NCBI GenBank assembly: GCA_009914755.4
Contig: CP086569.2
Location: 7,008,001 to 7,072,000, forward strand
DNA length: 64,000 nt
Source: the human T2T-CHM13v2.0 reference genome, Homo sapiens
Direction: 5' to 3'
A model generated the notes under the pieces. That model was not told the DNA's origin and did not search any database. It was given only the letters and a program-made list of their open reading frames with translations. Made by a program: the position numbers and the translations under genes. Below, piece after piece: positions 1-14,844 of this stretch (position 1 is its first letter; each line of letters starts with the position of its first letter).

Positions 1-455
1 GAAGACCACCTGTCCATTTTTTAATTGGAGTGCTTATCTTTTTGCTGTTGAAACGTTTGAGTTCCATGCTTGGTCATGGTGATGGATTCACCCTGGTAAC
101 CTTGAGAGAGCATTTCTATCCATTGTTTAGTGCTCAGTTAAGGAATGGGCTGGTGGCCCCTCTGAATAAGATGCCCAAAGGAGTTACCTTCTGCTCAGCA
201 GATGTCTCTCAAATGGTCTTTATATTCTCTCCAAGGGAGCTTCCCCTGCATCGGACTGTGGCACCCAGTGCCTTGCCTCTTAGAACCATCTGACTATTAC
301 GTGCTTTCAGATCGTGACAACTTCAATGTGTGGGGAAGAACATGTGAAATAAATTATCTTCTGCCTGTGTGAAGCAGAAATAGCTATCGTTACAAAGCAG
401 GGATTTTTTTCCATGCTTACTCCCCACTAAAAATACATGTTTGTTTTTCTAACAG

Positions 456-551
456 GTTTCCTCCATTTTTTGATGACAACCCGTTTGGCATTTATCAGAA
501 AATTCTTGCAGGCAAACTATATTTCCCCAGACATTTGGATTTCCATGTAAA
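456..551 (+). CDS. PRKY: PRKX/PRKY-family (PKA-catalytic-like AGC kinase) coding exon. The 96 nt encode (G)FPPFFDDNPFGIYQKILAGKLYFPRHLDFHV + 2 nt of K. Likely the last full coding exon of PRKY.
   Basis: AG acceptor at 454-455 after a polypyrimidine run. GTAAGT donor at 552-557. 96-nt length matches the PKA-family exon. The translation is near-identical to the PRKX kinase C-lobe segment, with LY where I recall ID in PRKX. The Y versus X assignment is an inference. Confidence 0.85.
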
Positions 552-1743
552 GTAAGTAAACCGTTTGCCTCATCATGAGGTGTGTTTATTTTTAAAGTGT
601 CTAAAATCACCATGAAAGCACGCACTCAGCAGGATACCATATTGTGTTATTAAATGTGCTGCGCATAAACTATTTTGGACAGTTGTCTTTTCCACAAGAA
701 AAGAAAAAGATTTTCAGTATTCTACTTTAATGATAGCTTCACATTTTAATGAGTCTTGGCTGTATTGTGTTCTTTTGGTGGTATGTTATATTTAAAATGA
801 GCCAATTAATGAGTTTGTCATCATATTTTATAAGAGAGCAGTTTTGCAATTTGACAAGAAGGATCCTCCTAATTCTGTGGCTTGCAGAGCTGTTGATGGG
901 TTTACCAGAGTTTTATCCTTTCTCTCCTGCTTAAATTATGCTCAGCCTCTAAGTCCTTTTTAACATCAGCATTTTCAGTTCTGAGCATGTTGCTTTAAGA
1001 ACATTTATATAGTTGCTAGATATTGGCAACTTTGGATGCACATTTTATTAAGGTTGTGGCAGTAGGGAGAAAAGACATTTTGTTAAATATAAGAATGCTT
1101 TTGGTTTTCTGGCTACCTTACCCAATCTGGTCAACTGGTAGCCATTTTTACTGTAATAAGCACTGATTTCTGTTTGTTTCACTGTATTTTTCAGATGAGT
1201 TGGTGGGCGCACCAGCCCCCTGGGCACAAACTAGAGCTAAATGCATCTAGTTGAGAATTAAACTTTTCTTTTCCATGGCCTATTTTCTTATGAGCTGGTG
1301 GTAGTTCAGTTCAGAGAAGACTTATTTCAGGGTGATGGACCAGGTTGTTTTGAATATGCCCTTGTGGGGCTACTGGCTACGTTGAGTTGAGTTTCTTGGT
1401 GGCGAATGCACCCCATCCTAACCAGAGGTCCTTTGTCTGAACAGAAGATAAGGTCGTGTTTTATTGGCTTGAGCATGTGTTGTGTTTGACACAATAGAGG
1501 CAGGCTTTAAAAGACTTTAGCAAGAAAATGAGGCTCTGCTTAACAATGAGTCACCTAGAAGGGACACCCTGTCCAGTGAATGGTAAGACAGGGAGGTGTC
1601 AGGGGAAACAGCACCTCAGAAGCCAACTGCTCTGGAAGGAAATAGAAAGGATTATATAGAACCTCTCTCTCAGGCTCCAAATCCCATCTGAGTTGAGTGA
1701 CATTATATCAAGTGGATGGCAAAGCACTTTTATGATCGAGTTT

Positions 1744-2050
1744 GGCCAGGTGAGGTGCTTATGCCTGTAATCCCAGCACTTCAGGAGCCTGAGGTAGGAG
1801 GATTTGTTGGGGCCAATAGTTTGAGGTCAGCCTGGACAATGTAGCAACACCCCATGTCTACAAAAAATTAAAAAATTAGCCGGACATGGTAGCAGGTGCC
1901 TGTGGTCCAGCTACTAGAGAGGCTGAGGTGGGAGGACTGCTTGAGCCCAGGAAGTCGAGGCTGCAGTGACCTGTGATTGCACCACTACACTCCAGACTGG
2001 ATAAAACAGTGAAACCCTGTCTCAAAAAAAAAAATTAAAATTAAAAAAAA
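1744..2050 (+). mobile_element. Alu (full length, poly-A tail).
   Basis: ggccaggtgaggtg...cccagcacttcaggag...ccctgtctcaaaaaaaaa. Confidence 0.9.
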
Positions 2051-2088
2051 TGTGTGTGTGTGTGTGTGTGTGTGTATATACATGTATG

Positions 2089-2119
<31 letters not shown>

Positions 2120-2130
2120 ACACACAGAGA
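2051..2130. repeat. (TG)n/(TA)n/(CA)n compound microsatellite.
   Basis: tgtgtgtg...tatatata...cacacacacaca read directly. Confidence 0.95.
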
Positions 2131-2479
2131 GGTTTCCAATGTTCTGTGGAAACAACAACAAAAAAGGGAATTACAGAAGTAGAACAAACCAGAAGCGTAA
2201 TCAAAGTCCAGTTTCTTGCCACTTTTCCTTCTTTCTCTCCTAGAGAGTAGGGAACCATCAGTGACCATCTTGGTATTGTCTAATCTAACGTGCCTGTCTT
2301 TATGCAGCTCCCAGCCCCTTCCAGTGTTCCCCACGATGCCCCTGTCTCTTTACATACCCAGTGCGGGTCCACCAAGAGCAGAAACAGTGGTAGTTGAGTA
2401 AAACTTCACTTCTTTCCATTATTTGTTAAATCTTATCAAATTGGCTGAGAAGCAAGGCCTCAATGACTCATATCTTTCC

Positions 2480-2600
2480 TTTTTTTGGTAGAGATGGGTA
2501 TGGGGGAGTCTTGTTGCATTACCCAGGCTGATCTTGAACTCCTTGGCTCAAGTGATCCTCCTGCCTTTTCCTCCCCAAGTGTGAGCCACTGCACCTGGCC
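2480..2600 (-). mobile_element. Partial Alu (left-monomer/FLAM-like).
   Basis: The reverse complement of ggccaggtgcagtggctcaca ends at 2600. Confidence 0.8.
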
Positions 2601-3107
2601 TTAGTGACACATTTCTTATGCAAATTGCTGTCCCTGGTTGTCTGTGATGCTAGAATTTTGATTCTCAGCTTTTAAAGTCATGCTGATTCCTGCAGCTTTT
2701 AACATTTGACTGGGTAAACATATTGCCTGGGCATATGGCACGTCAGAATTGACATTCCTTATAGAAATAAATGTCATTTAAAAGAAAGAAAAACACCAAA
2801 ACAAAGCTTTAGGACTTGTTGCCAATTCAGCAGAAGTTTTATCTGCCAGTGTTTTTTTCATGCCTGAAAGTATCTGGATCTGAGAGGAGCCAGCTGTTGC
2901 CAGGATCATAAATAAAGTTTAGAATTTTGGCTGTGGTGAATCAAAAGAGTGCCAGCAGATATATTGCTATCCTGAGGTCAAGGGACCCATCTACAGCTGT
3001 GGACACTTCTATTGTTCCTTTATAGGGCTTTGCCTTTTTGGGGGGCCCCTTCTCATCCACAGTGTTTGCTTTCTAAACTTCTTTACAAGAATTTGCTTTG
3101 GTATTTT

Positions 3108-3398
3108 ACTTTTTCTTTTAAAGAGACGGGTGTCTTGCTCTGTCACCCAGGCTGGAGTGCAGTGGCACAATCATAGCTCACTTCTGCCCCAATGTCCTGG
3201 GCTCAAATGATGCTCCCACCTCAGCCTCCTGAGTAGCTGGTGCTACAGGCACACACCACCATGCCTCACTAATGTTTTGATTTTTTGTAGAGATGGGGGG
3301 TCTTACTATGTTACCCACACTAGTCTCAAACTCTTGGTCTCAACTGATCTTGCCACTTTAGCCTCCTGCATAGCTGGGATTACAAGCCACTGTGCCCT
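3108..3398 (-). mobile_element. Alu.
   Basis: The reverse complement of the Alu consensus (gagacgggtgtcttgctctgtcacccaggctggagtgcagtggc ...). Confidence 0.9.
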
Positions 3399-3424
3399 GT
3401 ATTTTAAATAAATCTTCATTTTCT

Positions 3425-3540
3425 TAGATGCCAAACACCAAAAGAAAAACAAAAAACAAAAAACAAGGTCATCTTCTTACATGCCAGACACCAAAAACAA
3501 AACAAAACAAACAACAACAACAACAGCAACAACAAAATGA
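3425..3540. repeat. A-rich simple repeat (CAAAA/CAA)n.
   Basis: caaaaaacaaaaaacaagg...caacaacaacaacagcaacaacaaaa. Confidence 0.9.
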
Positions 3541-4496
3541 AGTTTATTAAGGTGATCCCCAAAACATCCTGAAATAAACATGGGGCTTTTCTTCCCCTAT
3601 AATTTACACATCACTGCCTGCCCCATTAGCACACATACTTAAAAGCTGATTGGATTGGAATTATAAGGAAACAAGTTTATTTAAAATATAAAAGCATAAA
3701 GAAATCTGTCTTATAATCCCACTCCAGTCAGCTTTAAGTTTAGTGTGTGCACTAACGGGGCAGACAGTGGTGTAAATTTTATGGGGGAAAAAAAGCCCCA
3801 TATTTATTTGGGACTGTTTTGGGGGTATAGTGTTTGATGACCTTGATATTTTTTGGCAAGGGGCAGCATGTCAAAATAATGAAGGAGAAACTCGGTAAGT
3901 ACTGTAAAGGTTTCTAACTTTTCAGTGATGTTTATATTCCCCACCCTGCTCAAAGCTTTTCAGCCTTACAATGGTTACAAAATCCCAGCCATAGCGGGAG
4001 GGAGACAGATGGTCTCTGAGTTTTACTTTGAGACAGAGAAGCAGTGAAGTGTGACAAGCATCTCATCGTAATTCAGAAAGCACGGCAGCAGGAAACTCTG
4101 GTTAAATTTCCAATCAGATGGGACTGGTGAGATTCACAGTCTAGATGGTGGAGTCTGACCCTGGGACATCACCTGGCTTGCAGAGACTCCACAGTCTGTC
4201 ACAGAACCCAGGAGTGGCCCAGTCCAAGTTCATGCTACTTACCCTGGGGCATAGTTTATGCCGGGAGAGCCTAGATGCTAACACCGCAGTCATAGGTATT
4301 GGATTGTTTTGGGGGACTTCAATATATTACATTATTATATCATATTATGTACATTATTATACATAATATACTCTGTGTATTATATGTGTACACACAGACA
4401 CACATGATCATTTCTAATTCCATAAATATGCATCTTAGAACTCACCTAATCTCCTGGAAGTCTTCAACATCATCTCCAACTACCCATCCTAATTGA

Positions 4497-4795
<299 letters not shown>

Positions 4796-5084
4796 TCTCC
4801 CCTCCCCTCAAGCAAGGTTAATAGAGCAATAACAATGTATAAGTTATTACTCATTATTTTGTTTACTTATTTATTTTATTTTTTAAACAGTTTTACGGAG
4901 AGTGAATTCACACGCCATGCCATTTACCCATCTAAAATGTGCAATTTGGTGGCTTTTAGTATACACACAATTTGTACAGCCACCCCCGTGGTTAATCTTA
5001 GAACGTCTTCATCAGCTCAAAAAAAGAAACCCTGCACCCTTCAGCTATCACTGTTCTAATCTTTCCTCCTCTCTTGCCCTAAGC

Positions 5085-5390
5085 CAGTGGTCCCCAACCT
5101 TTTTGGCACCAGGGACTAGTTTCGTGGAAGACAGTTTTTCCACGGAGCATGCAGCCTAGATCCCTTACATGTGCAGTTGACAGTAGGGTGTGTGCACCTA
5201 TGTGAATCTAATATGGCTGATCTGACAGGAAGTGCAACTCAGGTGGTAATGCAAATGATGGGGTGTGGCTGTAAATACAGATGATGCTTCACTCATTTAC
5301 CTGCTGCTCACCTCCTGCTGTGCGGCCCATTTTGGTTCCTAACAGGCCATGGACTGCTACTGGTCCATGGCCCTGGGGTTGGGGACCCCT
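5085..5390 (+). mobile_element. Non-autonomous hAT-type DNA transposon (MER30-like MITE) with terminal inverted repeats cagtggtccccaacc / ggttggggacccct.
   Basis: The terminal inverted repeats are read directly. The internal sequence matches the interrupted copy at 45767-46937. Confidence 0.7.
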
Positions 5391-5474
5391 ACCCTAAGCA
5401 ACCACTAATCTACTGACTTCTCTGTACAGTTCTATATTCTGGGCTCTGCTAAAAATGGAATTGTACAAAATATA

Positions 5475-5765
5475 ATGTTTTGTGTCTGGCCTGTTTCACT
5501 GAGCATGATGTTTTCAAGTTTCATCCATGCTGTAGCCTGTGTCAGAGCTTCCTTCCTTTTCATGGCTGTATAGTATTCTATTTGTGTAGGTGGACCTCAT
5601 TTTATTTATCCATTCATCCATGGATGGACGCCTGGGCTGTTTCCACCTTTGGCTTTTGTCAGTAGTTCTGCCATGGACATGGGTGTATATATTTTTATGT
5701 ATGTAAGCAATGATTTTAGAAGTTATACATCAGGTATGATTTCTACAAACTTTTTATATGGAGGC
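5475..5765 (+). mobile_element. Old L1 fragment (3' ORF2 region).
   Basis: ...ttatttatccattcatccatggatggacgcctgggctgtttccacc... matches the L1 ORF2 3' region. Confidence 0.75.
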
Positions 5766-5864
5766 AAATACATAATTGACAAACAGACTGTTCCATAAAT
5801 AGTATCATACTTTATATGCATGTTTTGGCATTCCTGGATTTGATAGAATTCATGGACGTTTTGT

Positions 5865-6770
5865 AGGCTGTTTCTAGCTCTGGACAACATTGGAGGGACT
5901 TATACATGGAGGGTCTTCCATATTCATCTTGACCCTGTAAATTCCATTTTGGAGAGACACAGTACACCAGGGTGTGAGGGTTGAACCACTTGGCTCTCTT
6001 GGGTTCATGTTGCATCCTCTGTGTGGTTTGGGAGTCTCCAGTGACTGCCATAACAACTGACCACAAACAAGGGGCTTAAACAACAGGAATTGATGCTCTC
6101 CCAGTCCCAGTCGTGGAAGCCAGGACTCTGAGATCAGATGTCTCAGGCCTCCAGAGGCTCTAGGGGAGGATCTTTTCTGCCTCTCCCAGCTCCTAGGGGC
6201 TCCAAGCATCCCTGGGCTTGTGGACACATCGCTCTAGTCTCTGCCTCCGCCTCCATGTAGTCTTCTCCTCTGGGTCTGTGTCTTCTGTTCTCTCTTTCAG
6301 AAGTACACCTGTCATTGGGTTTAGGGCCACCCTAATGCAGGATTATCTCATCTTAAGAGCCTTCCCTTAATTACATTTACAAAGACCCTATTTGCATGTA
6401 GGGTTCCATTGCCGGGTATTGGGAGTCAGGACATCGGCATATATTTTGGGGGCCACTGCCCAGTGTGTAATAATTGTTTCCACTTCCTGCTAGAGGCTCT
6501 AGGGGGGGATCCTTCCTGCCTCTCCCAGCTCCTGGGGGCTCCAGGCATCCCTGGGCTTGTGGCCACACCACTGCAGTCTCCACCTCCATTTTCACATGGC
6601 CTTCTCCTCTATGTTTGTGTCTCCTCCTCTGTCTCTTATGAGGACACCTGTCACTGGATTTAGGGCCCACCCTTCTCCAGGATGATGTCATCTCAAGAAC
6701 CTTAATTTAGTTACATCTGCAAAGACCCTATTTCCAAATAAAGTGATATTCACAGGCACTGGGGGATAGG
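5865..6770 (-). mobile_element. Ancient LTR/MaLR-like interspersed repeat containing an internal ~335-bp tandem duplication (approx 6150-6430 and 6487-6770).
   Basis: The two units align along their length (ctctaggggaggatc...ttacatctgcaaagaccctatttc...). The family name is not resolved. Confidence 0.5.
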
Positions 6771-7384
6771 ATGTGCACATATCTTTTTGAGGGACATTGT
6801 TTACCGTATAACAGTAGTCAAGCCTCTGTCCTTTACATTATTTGCAGACAGCAACCGATACCTTCAGGTCTCCAAGGAGCCTGTCCAGCCAGGTTGCACG
6901 TTGTGGACTCATCTGTGCCACGGCTCTACATAAGATTGGACGGGTCCTGTTTTAATGCCATAGCCATTTAGAAAAGAGCTGGGTCTCTTGCTGGGACTGC
7001 AGGGAATCACAGATGACCCATATCTAGAATATGCTGGGAGTGGTGTAGTGACCATCATAGGTACCCTCCAAGGGGAAAGAACAAGTTTCCTCATCAAAGG
7101 AATTGGGGAAGAGCTCACAAACTCTCAAGCTAGGTCTTAAAGTCTAGTTAAATCTTCCTGATAGGGAGATAAACTGAAAAAGACTTAAGAAAACACTGAC
7201 TTTATTTTATTTTATTTTTGTAAAATTAACAAATAAAAATGGTTTTATTTATCATGTACAACATGAAGTTTTGAAATATGTACCCATTGAACAATGGGTC
7301 CATTGAGTTCATTAACATATGCATTACCTCACATAATTACCATTTATTTGTGGTGAGAAAACTTAAGATCTAATCTACCCTTTG

Positions 7385-7513
7385 AAAAAATTTGTTTTTA
7401 AGAGATGGGGTCTCAATGTGTTGCCCAGGCTGGTCTCAACTTCTGGGCTCAAGTGATCTGCCCGCCTCAGCCTCACAAAGTGCTAGGATTACAGGCAAGA
7501 GCCACTGCACCCA
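7385..7513 (-). mobile_element. Partial Alu.
   Basis: gagatggggtctcaatgtgttgcccaggctggtctcaa...gccactgcacccagc. Confidence 0.8.
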
Positions 7514-7774
7514 GCAAGATCTACTCTTCCAGAGATTCTTGAGAATACATCATTAGTTATAGTCACCGAGCTGTGCAAGCCACTGACTGAACTTGTTCCT
7601 CCTGTCTCTCTCACTTTGTCTCTTTTGACCAATGACTTCCCATCTCAGCCCCTTCCCAGCCCCTGGTATCCACCATTCTACTCTCTGCTTCTATGAGTTC
7701 AACTTTTTTAGATTTCCCATGTAAGTGAGGTCAGACTGTGTTTGTCTATCTGTGCCTGGCTTATTTCTCTCTCT

Positions 7775-8048
7775 CTTTTTTTGTGTGTGTGAGACAATCG
7801 TGCTCTATTGCCCAGGCTGGAGTACAGTGGTGCCATCTCCGCTCACTGCAACCTCAAAAGTTTCTCCTTCATCAACCTCCCGAGTAGCTGGGATTGCACC
7901 ACACCTGGCTAATTTTTGTATTTTTGGGTACGGATGGGGTTTCACCATGATGGCCAGGCTGGTCATGAACTCGTGACCTCAAGTGATCTATCTGTGTCAG
8001 CCTCCCAAAGTGTTGGGATTACAGGTTTGAGTTACCATGCCTGGACCT
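7775..8048 (-). mobile_element. Alu.
   Basis: Alu consensus on the reverse strand. Confidence 0.9.
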
Positions 8049-8059
8049 TATTTCTCTTA

Positions 8060-8335
8060 ATATACTATCCTCCAGGTTGATGCATGTTTTGAAAATGACA
8101 TTTCCCTCCTTTTACTTGCTGAATAGTACTCCATGGTATATATATCACACATTTTCTTTATCCACTGCCCTCTTGATGGGCATGTAGCTTGATTCTACAT
8201 CTTGGCTGTTTTGACCTGCTGCAATGAGCAGAGGGTGCAAATTATATACTCATTTGTTTTTTCTTTGGGTGTATGCCCAGTAGTGGGATTGCTGGAGCCT
8301 ACATTCTATTTTTAGGTTCTCAGGGAAGAAACTGT
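8060..8335 (+). mobile_element. L1 fragment (ORF2 3' region).
   Basis: tactccatggtatatatatcacacattttctttatccactgccc...gggtgtatgcccagtagtgggattgctgg. Confidence 0.8.
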
Positions 8336-8894
8336 CTGATTAAAATGGAGTTATGTTCGTGGGTAGCCCCTGGTCTATGGGTGCCCTGGAGAGGAACACT
8401 TACTCTTTTTCCTGCTGTGACCACCTCTCCACTCTCAGCTGCACCACCATCCTCAGCCTGAGTGTATCACTGCGTTCTCAGGCAGTTCTCATAGCTGCCT
8501 GTGGCACTGCCCCCCATGCCCCTGACTTTCCCCATCAATCCCTCCTCTTCACCAGGAAGAAGGGTTTGTCATTCATAGCCTGGAGCCCCAGGGCCTTACC
8601 TTGGTGCTCAGAACCTTCCAGTTTCCTCTCATCCCGTGCTTCTCGTCTGATGATTCCCTGGTCTTCCCCGTGAACCCTCATGCAGCCAGGATGGATGAGC
8701 CACCTGCTCCTGCACCTGTCACCATCGCACTTTGCTGTTCTTCTCTCTTTGCTTGGCACCTCTTCATTCGGGGGTCTTTCCTTCTTCTGGAACCACATCC
8801 ATTCTGTTGAACTCCTTCATCCTCTGTGGACACTGCTGTGCCCTTCACGCTTGGAAAATCCCCAGCACATGGGTTCCTTTTTTTCTTATTAGCT

Positions 8895-9290
8895 GGCCTT
8901 ATACACACACATGCATTGGCACACACATGCATTGGCACACACAGTTTATATAATATAAAATATATAAAGATTTATGTACAAATTTATATAATATAAAGGG
9001 TATCTATATACACACATTGCATTTTTATACACTTCATATACAAACCAGCATACAAAAAGGTCAAAGGAATATAGATTTATCTGTACATTATATAAATAGA
9101 TAATTGTGCATTATGTAGATTTATCTATAATTTATATATTTATATATTGATATTTATATATCTGTAAATATATAGTGTACATACTTAGAAATATGTAAAT
9201 ATATTTATATTTAGAAATATAAATAATATATAATATAATACATATATAAGTATAAATATATAGATATATAATATAGGTATATAGATATAG
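8895..9290. repeat. AT-rich low-complexity / (TATA)-type simple repeat.
   Basis: Direct reading. Confidence 0.9.
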
Positions 9291-9295
9291 AGTGT

Positions 9296-9651
<356 letters not shown>

Positions 9652-9826
9652 CTATTAGGTGCTGCAGATAACGTATGTGTTAGACTGTTACATGGCTGGC
9701 AGTGCAACAGGAGGGATGCTCTGTCCTGTGGTTACAATGGCCATGATGTCACTAGGGGATAGGAGTTTTTAAGATCATTATAATCTTATGGGAGCACCAC
9801 TGTATATGACATTCATTGTTGACTGA

Positions 9827-10164
<338 letters not shown>

Positions 10165-10165
<1 letters not shown>

Positions 10166-10620
10166 CCCCCCACACACTTTATATCATACACACACAGACA
10201 CACACACACTAATCTGGATACTTATGTGTATTTAAAAGTATGTGTACATATAAATATATGTGTGTATAAATGTGTGTATGTGTATACGTACGTGTATATA
10301 TATGTATGTGTATATATTGTGTGTATGTATATAAGTATGTGTGTATATAAATATATATTAACGTATATGCATATAAGTATGTGTATATATAAATGTATGT
10401 GTGTATATTAACGTGTGTATGCATATAAGTATTTGTATATATAAATATGTGTATATATTAACGTGTGTATGCGTATAAGTATGTGTATATATACATATAT
10501 ATGTATATATTAATGTGTGTATGTATATAAGTATGTGTATATATAAATATATATGTGTGTATATAAATATATGTGTTTATTTATTACTATGTATGCATGT
10601 GAGTATACCCAGACACACAC
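10165..10620. repeat. (CA)n followed by an imperfect ~50-bp minisatellite (about 4-5 units, core 10349-10560) and TG/TA-rich low complexity.
   Basis: The unit attaacgtgtgtatgcatataagtatgtgtatatataaatatgtgtatat recurs with a few substitutions. Confidence 0.85.
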
Positions 10621-11678
10621 ATCCTTTAGTATCCAAATTAGAATTTTATCTGATGGATAAAATTTGTTTTATTTTATTCTCTTATTTTATTCACAGCACT
10701 CTTATTTATTCTTATTCACAACATTGCTGAAGGTAAAACTCAACAGCTATTGTTTGTTGCCTGACTTAGCTATAGATCAAAAATACCTGTTTTGCAATAA
10801 GAAAAGAAAAAATTGTCAAAACAACTGGATGGGAAAACAATAGAAAAAATTCACATTTTTTCCTTTTGAAGATATGGTCGTGGACGTAGTCCTCTTTAAG
10901 GATAAGAAATTTAAAACTACAGAAATGCTAACTGATAGACGTGTTAAATTCAGACGTACTGGCTTCTGTTTCATGGAACCTATGTTTATTTCTTCTGCTG
11001 TCCCACATTTAATTGATAACAACATCACTACAAGTATAAGAAAAGGAAGCAGAGTGAGGTTTACGGATGAGCACTTGGGAGGGATTTCAGAGGTCGTGAT
11101 GGCCACAGTGTGAGCCAGCGATGCCTGGTGCTACCCTTGAGCATGAAGCAGGCCGACTTGAACACACCTTGTTAATTGCCAGGCCGTGCAATGTCGTTCC
11201 TAAGGTCTCTTAAACTGGACATCCTTGGTTTGAGTTCCCAGTCTTGTTATTTACTTGCTGGGTCCTACGGAGCAAATTAACATCATTCCTTGAACCCTAG
11301 TTTCTATGTCTGTAAAATACTGAGTAAGTTTGCCAAGACGAAAACAGGAGACAAACTGAGAAATTACTGGCTGTTCAATTTTATGTCGAGAGATGGAATC
11401 GTATTTACCTTTTTCGTCTTTGGTCCGGAATGCAAATGCATTGCACAGGAGCAGAATGACTGGATTTGTTTCTGCGACAAAAAAGGGCAAACAAAACACT
11501 AACAGCTTTGCTTGCAGGTTTTCCTGGCAGCTCACCCTCCAGGCACAGTTCTCCAAAATGCAGCAAACTTGGTCTGTTTGTTTCAATACTAAAATAATGT
11601 AGAGATTATTTGGGGTATTTTTCTTTCCTGCCCTGTCAAAATTCTGTACACTGACGACACGTGTTGTTTCTTTTGAAG

Positions 11679-11697
11679 AACGGGGCGAATGATGTGA
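11679..11697 (+). CDS. PRKY: Predicted terminal coding segment when spliced from 551: a completes the K codon, then ACG GGG CGA ATG ATG TGA (TGRMM-stop).
   Basis: The upstream exon ends in phase 2 (aa at 550-551). An acceptor ttgtttcttttgaag ends at 11678. Joining gives a frameshift relative to the ancestral frame and a stop at 11695-11697. Predicted protein length 272+5=277 aa, matching the length I recall for the PRKY product. Confidence 0.5.
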
Positions 11698-11756
11698 AAC
11701 ACCATCGGTGGTTCCGCTCCGTGGACTGGAAAGCTGTTCCGCAGAGAAAACTGAAG
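11679..11756 (+). other. PRKY: Remnant of the ancestral PRKX exon-8 equivalent. Only the 3' 78 nt are present. In the ancestral frame they encode NGANDVKHHRWFRSVDWKAVPQRKLK. The 5' part (DLIKKLLVVDRTRRLGNMK in PRKX) is absent.
   Basis: Open ancestral frame flanked by AG (11677-78) and a GT donor (11757-58). The preceding sequence has no homology to DLIKKLLVVD in any frame. Confidence 0.7.
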
Positions 11757-11964
11757 GTACAACATGTATCAGTGGGTGACTCAGTATGCCCGAGCTCTCT
11801 TATGAACAGGGACTGCCTCTGAATCCTGGGACTTCTTTATTGATGACTGAGACGTAATTAATTTATGTAACACAACTCTTTGTCTAAAACCATTCATAAG
11901 CCAAGTTACCCACTCTATGAGTGTCTTAGTGCTAATTAGCTCCCACAAAGGGGTGAGGACATGT

Positions 11965-12113
11965 AATGTTTGTCTTTCCGTGTCTGGCTTATTTTACTTA
12001 ACAGATGGATCTCAGTTCCATCCATGTTGCTGCAAATAACAAGATTTCATTATTTTTTTTTTATAGCCTAGTAGTATTCTACCATGTCTGTATACCACAT
12101 TTTTTCTTTCTTG

Positions 12114-12146
<33 letters not shown>

Positions 12147-12320
12147 ATTGGGTTCTCACTATGTTGCCCAGGCTGATCAGAACTCCTGGTCTCAGGTGAT
12201 TCTCCCACCTCGGCCTCCCAAAGTGCAGGGATGACAGGCAGGAGCCACCACACCCAGTCATATATCATATGTTCTTTGTCCATTCATCCATGGATGGACA
12301 CTCGTCCCAGATTTTGAAGC
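11965..12320 (+). mobile_element. L1 fragment split by a partial Alu (12100-12255, minus).
   Basis: cttattttacttaacagatggatctcagttccatccatgttgctgc ... ttctttgtccattcatccatggatggacac. Confidence 0.75.
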
Positions 12321-12509
12321 AGATTTTAGAAGACCTGGCCCGATTCCTGACTAGCTCTGTGACTAGTGAATCCCACTCCGTCCTCTAGTGGAAAGTGGTA
12401 AGCAGGATTACAGAGATAAGCAAGTGTCTAGCACCATGGTCATTGTTCAGTGATGGTGGTGTTACATGGAGAATATTCTTTGGAACATTTCTGGCCAAAC
12501 TGCACATCT

Positions 12510-13140
<631 letters not shown>

Positions 13141-13254
13141 TCAGAGAAGTTAAGCAGTGTGTTGAAGGTTACATAGGTGCTAAGCGGTGTAACTATCACA
13201 TGTACATATTTATGGGTGTACATGTTATATTTCAACACACGCATAGAATGTATT

Positions 13255-13567
13255 GGCCAGGCATACTGGTTTATGCCTGTAATCCCAGCACTTTCGGAGG
13301 CTAAGGCTGGTGGATCATGAGGTCAGGAGTTCAAGACCAGCTGGGCCACGATGGTGAAACACCGTGTCTACTAAAAATACAAAAGTTAGCTGAGCATGGT
13401 GGCACTTGCCGGTAATCCCAGCTACTCTGGAGGCTGAGGCAGAGAATTCCTTGAATGCAGGCATTAGAAATTGCAGTGAGCCGAGATCGCACCACTGCAC
13501 TCCAGCCTGGGCGACAGAGCGAGACTCCATCTAAAAAAAAGGAGGAAAAAAAAAAAGAAAAAAAAAT
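13255..13567 (+). mobile_element. Alu.
   Basis: ggccaggcatactggtttatgcctgtaatcccagcacttt... Confidence 0.9.
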
Positions 13568-13924
13568 GTGTAATGATCAACTAAGGGTAATCAGGGTATC
13601 CATCAGCTCAAACATTATCATTTTTATGGGTTGGGAATATTGCAAATCTTCTAGCTATTCTGAAATATACAATATATTGTTGTTAACTCTGGCCACCCAA
13701 CTATGCTGTCAAACAATAGAACTTACTCCTTTTATCTATCGGAATGTTTGTACCCTTTAGCCAAGAGTTCTTCATTTCCCCTTCATCCCCCACCCACACA
13801 CCCTTCCCACTCTCTGGTAATCATCATGCTACTGTCAAGCTTCATGAGATCAACATTTTTAGTTTCCACATGTGAGTGGGAATGTGCTTGTATTTCTCAT
13901 TCTGCATCTGGCTTAGTTTATTTA

Positions 13925-14214
13925 TTATTTATTTTTGTTTTCTGGAACAGCATCTTGCTCTGTTGCCCAGGCTGGAGTGCAGTGGCACGATCTTGCTCAC
14001 AGAAGCCTCCACCTCCTGGCTTCAAGCAATTCTCATGCCTTAGCCTCTTGAGTAGCTGGGATTACAGATGCCCAGCTAATTTTTGTATTTTTACTAGAGA
14101 TGGGGTTTCACCATGTTGGCCAGGCTGGTCTCAATCTCCTAACCTCAAGTGATCCATGAGCCTTGGTCTCCCAAAGTGATGGGATTACAGGCATGAGCTG
14201 CCACACCCAGCCTG

Positions 14215-14215
<1 letters not shown>
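13925..14215 (-). mobile_element. Alu.
   Basis: Alu consensus on the reverse strand. Confidence 0.9.

Positions 14216-14844
<629 letters not shown>

Noticed and set aside
1285-1345. Possible displaced remnant of the missing 5' part of the exon-8 equivalent (ELVVVQFREDL versus KLLVVDRTRRL).
   Set aside because: Only 4-5 of 16 residues match, there is no acceptor site, and it lies 10 kb upstream of the rest of the exon. I judged it coincidental.
10874-11113. 79-aa ORF (MVVDVVLFKDKK...) in the repeat-free part of the large intron, with a superficial VVD match to the missing exon peptide.
   Set aside because: No convincing alignment to DLIKKLLVVDRTRRLGNMK, no splice signals in phase, and no recognisable domain. 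Likely a random ORF in unique intronic DNA.
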